Assembly (NCBI RefSeq): GCF_037042905.1
Contig: NC_087250.1
Span: forward strand, 13,518,001-13,582,000
Direction of reading: 5' to 3'
DNA from: Lytechinus pictus
Lineage: Eukaryota
DNA: 64,000 bases
A model generated the notes under the pieces. It saw nothing but the letters and a program-made list of their open reading frames with translations, ran no database searches and was not told the DNA's origin. The position numbers and the translations under genes were made by a program. This document shows positions 52,660 to 64,000 of this stretch, piece by piece (within the stretch, counting starts at the first letter, position 1; each line of letters begins with the position of its first letter).

Positions 52660-53793
52660 ATGGATGGTATATCTAATTCGAATATAACTTCAGGAGATTT
52701 GGCATCAATGCATAGCGCTTGGCACATTGTCACCGCGTCATCTCTGATCTTGATATTGGTTACCATGGTTACTGGTATAGTGGGGAATAGCTTGACTATC
52801 ATTTCGGTATTCCTGTCAACTAAACTACAAACCAAAACCAATGTCTTCGTGGTTAACTTGGCATTCTGTGATGTAGTGACCTGTCTGGTTATTCCTTTCC
52901 AAGTTACGGCTCTGTTATCATCCAATGAACCGTCACTATCAAAAGTTTTTGTAGACGCTTCTTGCTTAGTGATCGCAGTTTCAACTTATACTACGATTCT
53001 TACATTGGCTATGATCGCATTTGTTCGATGTATTAAGATCACTCAAACCTCGACAACCTTCGACAATTTTTTCGCAGGGCCCAAAATAGCACTCTAATTC
53101 ATTTTGGGTGCATGGGCCTTCCCGGTTATGATACACATGGCTGTGTACTTGACAGGATCCGATTATGTCGTTGTTTATGATCCAGAAGCCAAGATATATA
53201 TGTACAATAAATTGAACGTCAACGTTTCTTACCAGGTAGTTGACGGAGCATTGGCCGTCTCCTCGAGTATGATTATTTTGGTTACCTATATCAAAATAAT
53301 TATATATGTTAGAGCTAGCAGTCGAAGGGTTGCAGATGCTGCTAGAGATGTAACCCCACCAATTCGAGAAATAGCAAATGAGAACGAGCCCCCACCGACT
53401 CAGGCACGAGTGCTAGCGAACCGGAACGAGTCCCAACCAATCCGCGGACCAGAGAACCAATTAGTACCACCTGCAAGACCAGTTCGCCCACCTCATCAAA
53501 TCCCGGTTAACCGATTCAGGGCTCGTGAAATCAAGGTCACAAAGAATCTGGCACTGATTACCATAGTATTTGTCTTCTGTTTCCTTCCCTTACCCGTCTT
53601 GATCAACAGTTCAAACCCGTTTCATTTCACCGTTGGATGCTGTATTTTGTGGAGCAACTCTACAATGAACCCAATCATCTACGCCTTCACACACCCCGAT
53701 TTCCGAAAGGTGTTTGTATGTATCGTAACCGGGTCTTTTAATGAGATCCCATTCCCATCCCGACGATTGCGGGCAATGTTACAAGCTCAATGA
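52660..53793 (+). pseudogene. Intronless rhodopsin-class GPCR, copy 2, in-frame premature TAA
   Basis: CTC TAA TTC versus CTC TTC at 53095-53097; downstream ORF continues in the same frame. Confidence 0.85.
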
Positions 53794-54901
53794 TTGGATA
53801 AAATTACCATGATTTCCATAAGTAAACCAATTGGAATGTCTAGTCTTTTAGGGAAGTGTATAGGGAGTCGTCAATTTTGATTTGATTTGATTTATTGATT
53901 TCCGTTTCACAATTGTACATAATATGATAAACTAAACATAACATAACAAGTCGAAAATTCTACAAGACATAATATAATATATATATATAACATTATCATA
54001 TAGATTTAAGGAATACAATTCAATAAATATTATCTCAGATGACATTTGTATTTAAAAGTAAAACGGAGGGTCTTGCGGAAAAAAGCAAAGCTTGTACAAG
54101 AGGCAAGCCCCTAACTTAGTTACATTACAAAATTACAACAAAGAAATATTGCGTCGTAATAATATATAGAAATTTTGTTTAAAAATAAATACCAAAAAAA
54201 AAACCGTAACTGATGGATCGTGTGAGAAAATATTATGTTTTACGATATTATAAGAGAGAGGGGGGTGAGGGGGAGAGAAGACAGGAGGGACAGAGGAGTG
54301 AGGTGTAGAAAGAAAGAAGAAGGCGGGCAGCAGGAGCAAGTACTTTGGCTAATTGCAATTTTGAGAAGAAAAAAATAAAACAAGTAATATACATGTCTAT
54401 GTGTATAAGATGAGCACATCATCACATAACACTTATACACAAAAGTCGAGTATAATTAAATTATTATTCAGCTTGACCTGTTTGCAACGAGTATTGCAGA
54501 ATTAACATTTTTTTTCAGTTTGCGTTTAAAAATATTTACATTAGGGGATTCTTTGAAATCTTGAGGCAGAGAGTTCCAGTATAGGCAGGCCCGGAGAAGA
54601 CAAATGAATTCTTTGCAAATAAAGTTTTTGTTAAAGGAAGGTGATAATATTGTCGTTGCCTTGTTGAGTAGCAGTGTACGGATGTATTTTTACGGAACAT
54701 ATTAGAGAAAATGGCGGGGAGATCGTCCTTGCTTAATTTGAACATAACTTGACTAAGTTCAAAACGATATATGTCACTTATATACTTTAGGAATGTTATT
54801 TTCAACAAATAAGATATCAGTATGTGATCTAAAGTGTGTTTGAAAAATTACTCTTAGAGCTTTTTTCCGGAGAAGTAATATTCTATTTAGTTGTGTTTGT
54901 A

Positions 54902-55986
54902 GGTTACACTTCGTAATTCCGAAGGTTCGTAATTCCGAAACACGTAAATTGCCTATACCTCGAAGTTCGTTAATCCGAAAACGTAAAAGGGTTCGTTAAT
55001 CCGAACATTTGTGGCGTTATAATTCCAAAGGTTCGATAATCCGAAAACGAAATAAGGTTCGATGTTCCGAAGGTTCGTTAATCCGAAAACGAAATAAGGT
55101 TCGTTGTTCCGAAGGTTCGTTAGTCCGAAAACGAAATAAGGTTAGTTAAAGGGCAAGTCCACCCCAGCAAAAGGTTGATTTGAATAAAAAGAGAAAAATC
55201 AAACTAGAATAACGCTGAAAATTTCATCAAAATCGGATGTAAAATAAGAAAATTATGACATTTTAAAGTTTCGTTTATTTTTCACAAAACAGTGATATGC
55301 ACAACTTAGTGACATGCAAATGAGACAGTCGATGATGTCCCTCACTCACTATTTCTTTTGTTTTTTATTGTTTGAATTATACAATATTTCATTTTTTACA
55401 GATCTGACAATAAGGATCAACTTGACTGAACCATATAATATCAAACAATGCTAATTCCACATGTTCAGGGAGGAATTAATCTTTGTTTCACTTGACAATG
55501 GAGAGAAAATTTGAATATTTCATATTTCACATAATAAAATACAAAAGAAATAGTGAGTGGATGACGTCATCAGTCTCCTCATTTGCATACCGACCAGGAT
55601 GTGCATATAACTATTCTGTGAAATTAAGCGAAACTTTGAAATGTCATAACTTTCTTATTTTTCATCCGATTTTGATGAAATTTTCAGTGTTATGTTTGCT
55701 GGATTTTTCTCTTTTTATTTAAGTCAACTTTTTGCTGGGGTGGACTTGTCCTTTAATCATTTAGTTTTCGGACTAACGAACCTTCGGAATTACGAACCTC
55801 ATTTCTTTTTCGGATTAACGAACCTTCGGAATAACAAACCTCATTTTGTTTTCGGACTAACGAACCTTCGGAATTACGAACCATCGGAAATACGAACCTT
55901 CGGAATAACGAACCTTCGGAATATCCGAACCTTAATTCGGAATAACGAAGCTTCGGAATTACGAATGTATGCGGTGTTGGTTGGTT
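54902..55986. mobile_element. Unit-2-specific insertion: ttccgaaggttcg-repeat foldback MITE containing a Kolobok-like MITE (55150-55752)
   Basis: Inverted ends ttcgtaattccgaag / cttcggaattacgaa; inner element bounded by TTAA; empty site tgtttgtattgcacatcc in units 1 and 3. Confidence 0.9.
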
Positions 55987-58900
55987 TTGCACATCCTCAG
56001 GCAAGTATTCCATAATTAATATATGGTAGAATAAGGATGTAGTATAATGTTAACAAAGTGCGGGTAGGGAGAAAATGTTTGAGTTTATTAATAATTCCAA
56101 TGTTTCTAGAAATTGTTTTACATATACTATCGATATGAGGCTTCCAGGATAATTTGTTGTCAATAAGGACACCCACGAATCTGGTAGTGGAAACATTATT
56201 AAGAATGAAATTATCAAAGAAAATACTGTCAGGTAGAGTATTGATTTTATAACTGAAAAGCATGTAGTTTGTCTTCTGGTGATCAAGCGAAAGTTTGTTG
56301 GCCTTGATCCAATCTGTAACATTTGTTAGTTCGAAATTTACGATTCTAACGAGTTGGTTAATATCATCATGGGAAAAGAAAATATTGGAGTCGTCAGCAT
56401 AAAGTATAAATGAAAGTAAATTTGATGTATTTTTAATATCATTGATGTAATAAAAATGAGTGGGCCTAGTAGGCTACCATGGGGGACACCGCAAGTAATT
56501 GGAAGAGTAGTCGAATTGCTATTATTTACTGATACGAATTGGGTCCTATCAGTGAGGTAGCTCCTGAACCACTCCAAGGCCTTCTCTCTAACTCCATAAT
56601 GACACAGTTTATGAAGGAGAATTTCATGAATTATTGTGTCGAAGGCCTTGGAGAAGTCCAGGAAAATACCGACAGTATGACAACCATTATCGATGGAAGC
56701 TTTTGTCACAAATTATTACTAAAAATAATCCTTTTAATTTCCTTATATAGTTGGGGTCAATATATACACAAATTTCAGCTCGTGCTCGCATTGATTGTTT
56801 AGTGTACGTATCATGATTTTAAAAAATTGCTTAATTATAATGTCAATTTTTTAGGTCTGAATATCAAAACTTTTCAACCCACGCTTCGCACTCCCATTAC
56901 TTGATCAGTGAGAATATCCGTCCTTAAAATGTCTCTATTACTAGATTAGTAGATCTAGATTAGCGCGCCCACTAATACCGCGTTCTCACTTAGCCCCAGC
57001 TCGCGGATCAGACTCGCCTCGCGAGTCAGCCTCAGCTAGTTAAATACGCATCTTGTTCAGGATCACAAACATTGCCTGGAATGTTCAATTTTCAGAACAA
57101 AATACATGAAATGTCCAAAGATTTTAGCTCGCGCTTCGTGCTGGCTATATTCAAATAAGGCTTATGAGATTATAAGTATATTTATTTTTTTAAGAATAAA
57201 GCTAAGAAGTGACTGTTAGGACTACCCCTTCAAAAAATAAAAACAACAACAACAACTTTGAGAGGCCGATCTCGGATAATTAAAAATATCGGCGAATATT
57301 TTTTCGCGCCCCTCCCCTCCTATTGGCGAAAGCTGGATCCGCCCCTGTAAGTCTTATAAGTGCATGCTTTCGGATTTATTGTAACATACATGTACTAGGT
57401 AGGGCATATTTCATTGATGTATGTAATGCAGAATAAGATAAGAGTCACGTACATGTATACTTTTGTGATTGTCCCGGGGGGGGGGGGCAGTCAAATGTAT
57501 TGCTGTACACACGCGTGGCCAAATTTTTTCCAAACACCCCCTAAACGAGTTGTTCTCTGTGTGCAAAATAACCCCCTAAACAAGTTTTTCGCGGACTTTA
57601 TTTACACATTAATTTGGCCCCTAAACAAGTTGTCGCCAAAATATGACCCCGGGGAAAAAGCTTGGGGAAAAAAACGAAAAAACACGTATCCTAAATACGT
57701 TTGACCCTTCGATTGATCATTGACCAGTCTTTCAAAACTACCCCTTTAAAAAAAAAAAATCGGTGTTTTGATACCCTTAACGAGTGCACGCGCGACCTGC
57801 GTCCAAAACTGAAGAAAAAAACACCCCCTTTAAACGCGTTTTTTTAGTCACGTGTGTGTTCAGCAATTTGACTGCCCCCCCCCCCCCCCGGGCGGTGATT
57901 GTGTAACTGGTATTTGGAATTTAAGTATGTATGAAGGTATAAATGTGGTTTTTCAGATTTGATTGGATATAAGAATTTAATGAAGATATGTAAAAAAAAA
58001 TAATCTTGCCGTGTGTATTCTTGGACTTGTGTAAATAGGCAGGTACTCTTATATTGTTCCTAAATACTATTGGATTTGGTGCATTACAAATCACATATAT
58101 TATTATTATTAGTATTATTATTATTATATATAAGTATTTACAGAAAATATGTGACATGAGTCTTTATTTTTGTACTTGTCCGATTGGTAATTGTAATACA
58201 AGTTTTTACTGAAGTCATTATTATGAGTGTGTATTGAATATTTATTCCTATTGTAATCTATTCTTTCCAATGACCATATTGTATATTAAAAGTTGGCAGT
58301 CAGTCGGCAAGCCCTGAAAAAGTAGCTTCTTTTATCCAAGTGATATTCATGACTAGAGGGTTTTTGCATAGTTAATGAGCTTGGTGCGAACCAAAACACC
58401 TCTTTTTATTCGGCCATTGCTGCTCGAAATATTGACCAAATTTCATGTTTTTGGTATCTTTGTAAAGAAGAAGAATCATTCTTTCAGGTCATGTGTTTGG
58501 ATTTTTAAAAGGATGTTGTAATGTAGGAAAAACTTTTGATCTAAAACATGAAACAAAATAATTTTTTCATGCAACAAAAGTTGTTGTTTTAACACTTAAT
58601 TTCTGTTTGAGCACAAATGATTTTATATCATGATAAAGCTGAATATCTAAGCTTTAATATGATATAATTTTTATAAGAAGCTGTATTTTAGATGGGTCAG
58701 CAGCCAGCTTTTCATAGGCCAAGTACATTTAGCAGCTCAAAAACAAGAATACTGCGCTCTGATTTGTCATAGAGACCACACACCCACGCAAATTTCAATG
58801 TTCCCCTCACTTGGCCTCTGCAAGGTCACACTCACCATGTGGTAATCTCTTCAAACTACCCGCGCCTGTTGTGTTGAAAACATTATTAAGCCAATCAGAA

Positions 58901-60640
58901 CTCTAGATTTTATGTTACTAAGAAATTTCAGAAATCTCGTCTTGCATCTTGATGGAAATAGCTGGCTGCTGACCCATCTAAAAGATGCCACATATCAAGA
59001 GTGACAATGTAAGAAATTATAGAGTTTGAGCTTTCTGATGATATAAATAATGTTGGTGCCTAAAACACAAAATGCTGCACAATTTGCAAGTGAAAACAGA
59101 GGAAGAAAATTTTCAGGTAAAAAATTCACTTATTTATCAAAATATTTCATCCAAAAGAAATAACCAATATAAAAGAGTAACATTTACTCTTGCCCATGGT
59201 ACAAAAATAATCAATATTACTCAAGGAGAAAGTGGTTAAATTCTTTGAGAAAGAAAGTCTCACAATTCACGAGATTTTGCAGGGACATGAATTCAGCCAC
59301 GAGAGGACTTGGATAAATCTTGCTCATTTGCTCATTAACACAGGGGCTTGCCGACTGACTGTTGAGATATTTAATTCATGTATAAATTATGTCTTATAAA
59401 TCTTATAATCTATATTTAATAATGAGATTGGCCTCAAATTGTCTAATAATCTACTATCCCCTTTTTTTCAATAACAGTGTGAGTATACCTTGTCTTTGAC
59501 TTTGACAAACCCCCTTGAGCGTATCCTTCATTTAGACTGTCGATTAGCAAATCTTTTATGTCTGGCCAAAAACATTTATAAAACTCCGAACTCAATCCAT
59601 CGCAACCAGGTGCCTTATTATTTTGCATTGAAACACATTAACACTTATAATCAAAAGAAAAATTGAAAACCTGAGGTAAATCTAATGATCATATCATGTT
59701 TCATTAATGCATATTTTGACCCCGCCGTTTGCCAACGTTTATCCAAGCTGGGATGCATTTGAAAAGAAAAACAGGGAGGCAGCGGAATAGAAAAGGTGAT
59801 GAAAGAAAATCATCTCTTTTCTCTTCGTAGCTTATCTTTTCCTTTTTTTCTATATGATGTTTTTCTCTAGCTTCTGATATCTTCTTCCCTCTTTTTCTCT
59901 TTTTTGATATAAATTGCAGTGGCAAATTTGCCGACAAGAAGGTCTTTCGAAAACAACATTTATAATCAAAAGAAAATTGAAAACCTGAATGATCATATCA
60001 TGTTTCATTAAAATGCATATATTTTGACCTCGCCGTTTGCCAACGTTTATCCAAGCTGGGATGTATTTGAAAAGAAAAACAGGGAGGCAGCGGAATAGAA
60101 AAGGTGATGAAACAAAATCATCTAATTTCTCTTCTTAGCTTAGCTTTTCCTTTTGTCTATGGTTTCCTCTTCTAATATCTTCTTCCCTCTTTTTCTCTCT
60201 TTGTTATAAACTGCAGTGACAAATTTGCCGACAAGGTCTTTCGAAAACAACACTATATAATCCAAAGAAAATCGAAAACCTTAGGTAAATTCAATGATCA
60301 TATGTTTCATTAATGCATATATTTTGACCTCGCCGTTTTGACAACGTTTATCCAAGCTGGGATGCATCAATTCCTATATTTTCTCAGTTTCAGAGGGGAG
60401 TAAAAAGTGTAGCACGATGACCTATTTAGAATTTATACTTACACCTTTCTGAATAACAAAACAGTACATTTTCCAACACTTTCTTTGACAATATTTCATT
60501 TGTAGGCTGCTCTCCGATCGTTGAGGAACACGTACGCCTGATTGTTTTGTTTGCTTATTGTAATAACTGATCGCACATTTAAATTGAAAGCTAGAAAAAA
60601 TAAAAAAGCCTTACTAAAGATTCGCCTAATTTCAGCAGTC

Positions 60641-61780
60641 ATGGATGGTATATCTAATTCGAATATAACTTCAGGAGATTTGGCATCAATGCATAGCGCT
60701 TGGCACATTGTCACCGCGTCATCTCTGATCTTGATATTGGTTACCATGGTTACTGGTATAGTGGGGAATAGCTTGACTATCATTTCGGTATTCCTGTCAA
60801 CTAAACTACAAACCAAAACCAATGTCTTCGTGGTTAACTTGGCATTCTGTGATGTAGTGACCTGTCTGGTTATTCCTTTCCAAGTTACGGCTCTGTTATC
60901 ATCCAATGAACCGTCACTATCAAAAGTTTTTGTAGACGCTTCTTGCTTAGTGATCGCAGTTTCAACTTATACTACGATTCTTACATTGGCTATGATCGCA
61001 TTTGTTCGATGTATTAAGATCACTCAAACCTCGACAACCTTCGACAATTTTTTCGCAGGGCCCAAAATAGCACTCTTCATTTTGGGTGCATGGGCCTTCC
61101 CGGTTATGATACACATGGCTGTGTACTTGACAGGATCCGATTATGTCGTTGTTTATGATCCAGAAGCCAAGATATATATGTACAATAAATTGAACGTCAA
61201 CGTTTCTTACCAGGTAGTTGACGGAGCATTGGCCGTCTCCTCGAGTATGATTATTTTGGTTACCTATATCAAAATAATTATATATGTTAGAGCTAGCAGT
61301 CGAAGGGTGGCAGATGCTGCTAGAGATGTAGCCCCACCAATTCGAGAAATAGCAAATGAGAACGAGCCCCCACCGACTCAGGCACGAGTGCTAGCGAACC
61401 GGAACGAGTCCCAACCAATCCGCGGACCAGAGAACCAAGTACCACCTGCAAGACCAGTTCGCCCACCTCATCAAATCCCGGTTAACCGATTCAGGGCTCG
61501 TGAAATCAAGGTCACAAAGAATCTGGCACTGATTACGACTGATTACCATATAGTATTTGTCTTCTGTTTCCTTCCCTTACCCGTCTTGATCAACAGTTCA
61601 AATCCGTTTCATTTCACCGTCGGATGCTGTATTTTGTGGAGCAACTCTACAATGAACCCAATCATCTACGCCTTCAAACACACCGATTTCCGAAAGGTGT
61701 TTGTATGTATCGTAACCGGGTCTTTTAATGAGATCCCATTCCCATCCCGACAATTGCGGGCAATGTTACAAGCTCAATGA
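60641..61780 (+). CDS. Intronless rhodopsin-class (class A) orphan GPCR, copy 3, open frame of 379 aa from the first ATG
   Basis: TM1 GIVGN, TM2 NLAFCD, TM3 IAFVRC, TM5 YIKI, TM6 FCFLP, TM7 NSTMNPIIY, helix 8 DFRKVF; N-glycosylation sequon NIT. Confidence 0.9.
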   Translation: MDGISNSNITSGDLASMHSAWHIVTASSLILILVTMVTGIVGNSLTIISVFLSTKLQTKTNVFVVNLAFCDVVTCLVIPFQVTALLSSNEPSLSKVFVDASCLVIAVSTYTTILTLAMIAFVRCIKITQTSTTFDNFFAGPKIALFILGAWAFPVMIHMAVYLTGSDYVVVYDPEAKIYMYNKLNVNVSYQVVDGALAVSSSMIILVTYIKIIIYVRASSRRVADAARDVAPPIREIANENEPPPTQARVLANRNESQPIRGPENQVPPARPVRPPHQIPVNRFRAREIKVTKNLALITTDYHIVFVFCFLPLPVLINSSNPFHFTVGCCILWSNSTMNPIIYAFKHTDFRKVFVCIVTGSFNEIPFPSRQLRAMLQAQ

Positions 61781-64000
61781 TTGGATAAAATTACCATGAT
61801 TTCCATAAGTAAACCAATTGGAATGTCTAGTCTTTTAGGGAAGTGTATAGGGAGTCGTCAATTTTGATTTGATTTGATTTGATTTATTGATTTCCGTTTC
61901 ACAATTGTACATAATATGATAAACTAAACATAACATAACAAGGTCGAAAATTCTACAAGACATATAATATATATATATATCATTATCATATAGATTTAAG
62001 GAATACAATTCAATAAATATTATCTCAGATGACATTTGTATTTAAAAGTAAAACGGAGGGTCTTGCGGAAAAAAGCAAAGCTTGTACAAGAGGCAAGCCC
62101 CTAACTTAGTTACATTACAAAATAACAACAAAGAAATATTGCGTCGTAATAATATTGATAAATTTTGTTTAAAAAAAAAAAAAAAAAAAAACCCAGTAAC
62201 TGATGGATCGTGTGAGAAAATATTATGTTTTACAATATTATAAGAGAGAGGGGGGTGAGGGAGAGAGAAGACAGGAGGGACAGAGGAGTGAGGTGTAGAA
62301 AGAAAGAAGAAGGCGGGCAGCAGGAGCAAGTACTTTGGCTAATTGCAATTTTGTGAAGAAAAAAATAAAACAAGTAATATACATGTCTATGTGTATAATA
62401 TGAGCACATCATCACATAACACATATACACAAAAGTCGAGTGTAATTAAATTAATTATTCAGCTTGACCTGTTTGCAACGAGTATTGCAGAATTAACATT
62501 TTTTTCAGTTTGCGTTTAAAAATATTTACATTAGGGGATTCTTTGAAATCTTGAGGCAGAGAGTTCCAGTATAGGCAGGCCCGGAGAAGACAAATGAATT
62601 CTTTGCAAATAAAGCTTGTTAAAGGAAGGTGATAATATTGTTGTTGCCTTGTTGGGTAGCAGTGTATGGATGCATTTTTACGGAACATATTAGAGAAAAT
62701 GGCGGGGAGATCGTCCTTGCTTAATTTGAACATAAATTGACTAAGTTCAAAAAGATATATGTCACTTATATACTTTAAGAATGTTATTTTCAACAAATAA
62801 GATATCAGTATGTGATCTTAAGTGTGTTTGAAAAATTATTCATAGAGCTTTTTTCTGGAGAAGTAATATTCTATTTAGTTGTGTTTGTATTGCACATCCC
62901 CAGGCAAGTATTCCATAATTGATATACGGTAGAATAAGGATGTAGTATAATGTTAAAGTGCGGGTAGGGAGAAAATGTTTGAGTTTATTAATAATTCCAA
63001 TGTTTCTAGAAATTGTTTTACATATACTATCGATATGAGGCTTCCAGGATAATTTGTTGTCAATAATAAGGACACAGTGGAAACATTATTAAGAATGAAA
63101 TTATCAAAGAAAATACTGTCAGGTAGAGTATTGATTTTATTACGGAAAATACCGACAGTATGACAACCATTATCGATGGAAGCTTTTGTCACATATTATT
63201 ACTAAAAACAATCCTTTTAATTTCTTTAAATAGTTGGGGTCAATATATACACAAATTTCAGCTCGTGCTCGCATTGATTGTTTAGTGTACGTATCATGAT
63301 TTTAAAAAAATTGCTTAATTATAATGTCAATTTTTTTAGGTCTGAATATCAAAACTTTTAAACCCACGCTTCGCGCTCGCATTACTTGATCAGTGAGATA
63401 CATATCCGTCCTTAAAATGTATCTATTACTAGATTAGTATACCTGGCAATTGAGCGCGCTTCGAGCGCCCACTAATACCGTGTTCTCACTTAGCCCCAGC
63501 TCGCGGATCAGACTCGCCTCGCGAGTCAGCCTCAGCTAGTTAAATACGCATCTTGTTCAGGATCACAAACATTGCCTGGAATGTTCAATTTTCAGAACAA
63601 AATACATGAAATGTCCAAAGATTTTAGCTCGCGCTTCGTGCTCGCTATATTCAAATAAGGCTTATGAGATTATAAGTATATTTATTTTTTTAAGAATAAA
63701 GCTAAGAAGTGACTGTTAGGACTACCCCTTCAAAAAAATAAAAACAACAACAACTTTGAGAGGCCGATCTCGGATAATTAAAAATATCGGCGAATATTTT
63801 TTCGCGCCCCTCCCCTCCTATTGGCGAAAGCTGGATCCGCCCCTGTAAGTCTTATAAGTGCATGCTTTCGGATTTATTGTAACATACATGTAAGTAGGGC
63901 ATATTTCATTGATGTATGTAATGCAGAATAAGATAAGAGTCACGTACATGTATACTTTTGTGATTGTCCCGGGGGGGGGGGGCAGTCAAATGTATTGCTG

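Larger units (their letters stand above)
44338..64000 (+). repeat. Tandem segmental duplication: unit 1 ~44338-51436, unit 2 ~51437-59397, unit 3 59398 to beyond the window
   Basis: tcttataatctatatttaataatgagattggcc at 44341, 51440, 59401; colinear, highly similar content. Confidence 0.97.

Noticed and set aside
55692..56015. Repetitive ORF (GLTNLRNYEP)n
   Set aside because: Translation of the MITE's internal minisatellite

Overview
Eukaryotic, AT-rich, repeat-dense DNA. The repeat and GPCR types suggest a sea urchin (inference). Left half: a complete minus-strand RFWD3 (FANCW) gene with 13 coding exons from 31379 down to 10243. All introns are GT-AG and phase-consistent, giving 749 aa (acidic/SQ-containing N-terminus, RING, coiled coil, WD40). 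Candidate promoter and 5'UTR exons lie at ~32.2-33.8 kb. The most unusual feature is that RFWD3 carries four separate local amplifications of its own exon ends: a 9-unit ~120-bp array of exon 3' end plus splice donor, a ~8-unit ~160-180-bp array of the last coding segment behind the stop codon, a decayed exon copy that keeps its donor, and duplicated acceptors. Right half: a decayed Tx1/L1-type LINE, then a tandem array of 7-8 kb units (three seen, the third runs off the window). Each unit holds an intronless rhodopsin-class GPCR, a CR1-type LINE fragment and MITEs. Two GPCR copies are disrupted and one is open. Many MITEs (PIF/Harbinger-, Kolobok-, piggyBac-, Tc1/mariner-like) and tRNA-derived SINEs are present. 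No prokaryotic-type system (CRISPR etc.) is supported. Family assignments come from manual translation and recalled motifs, not database searches.
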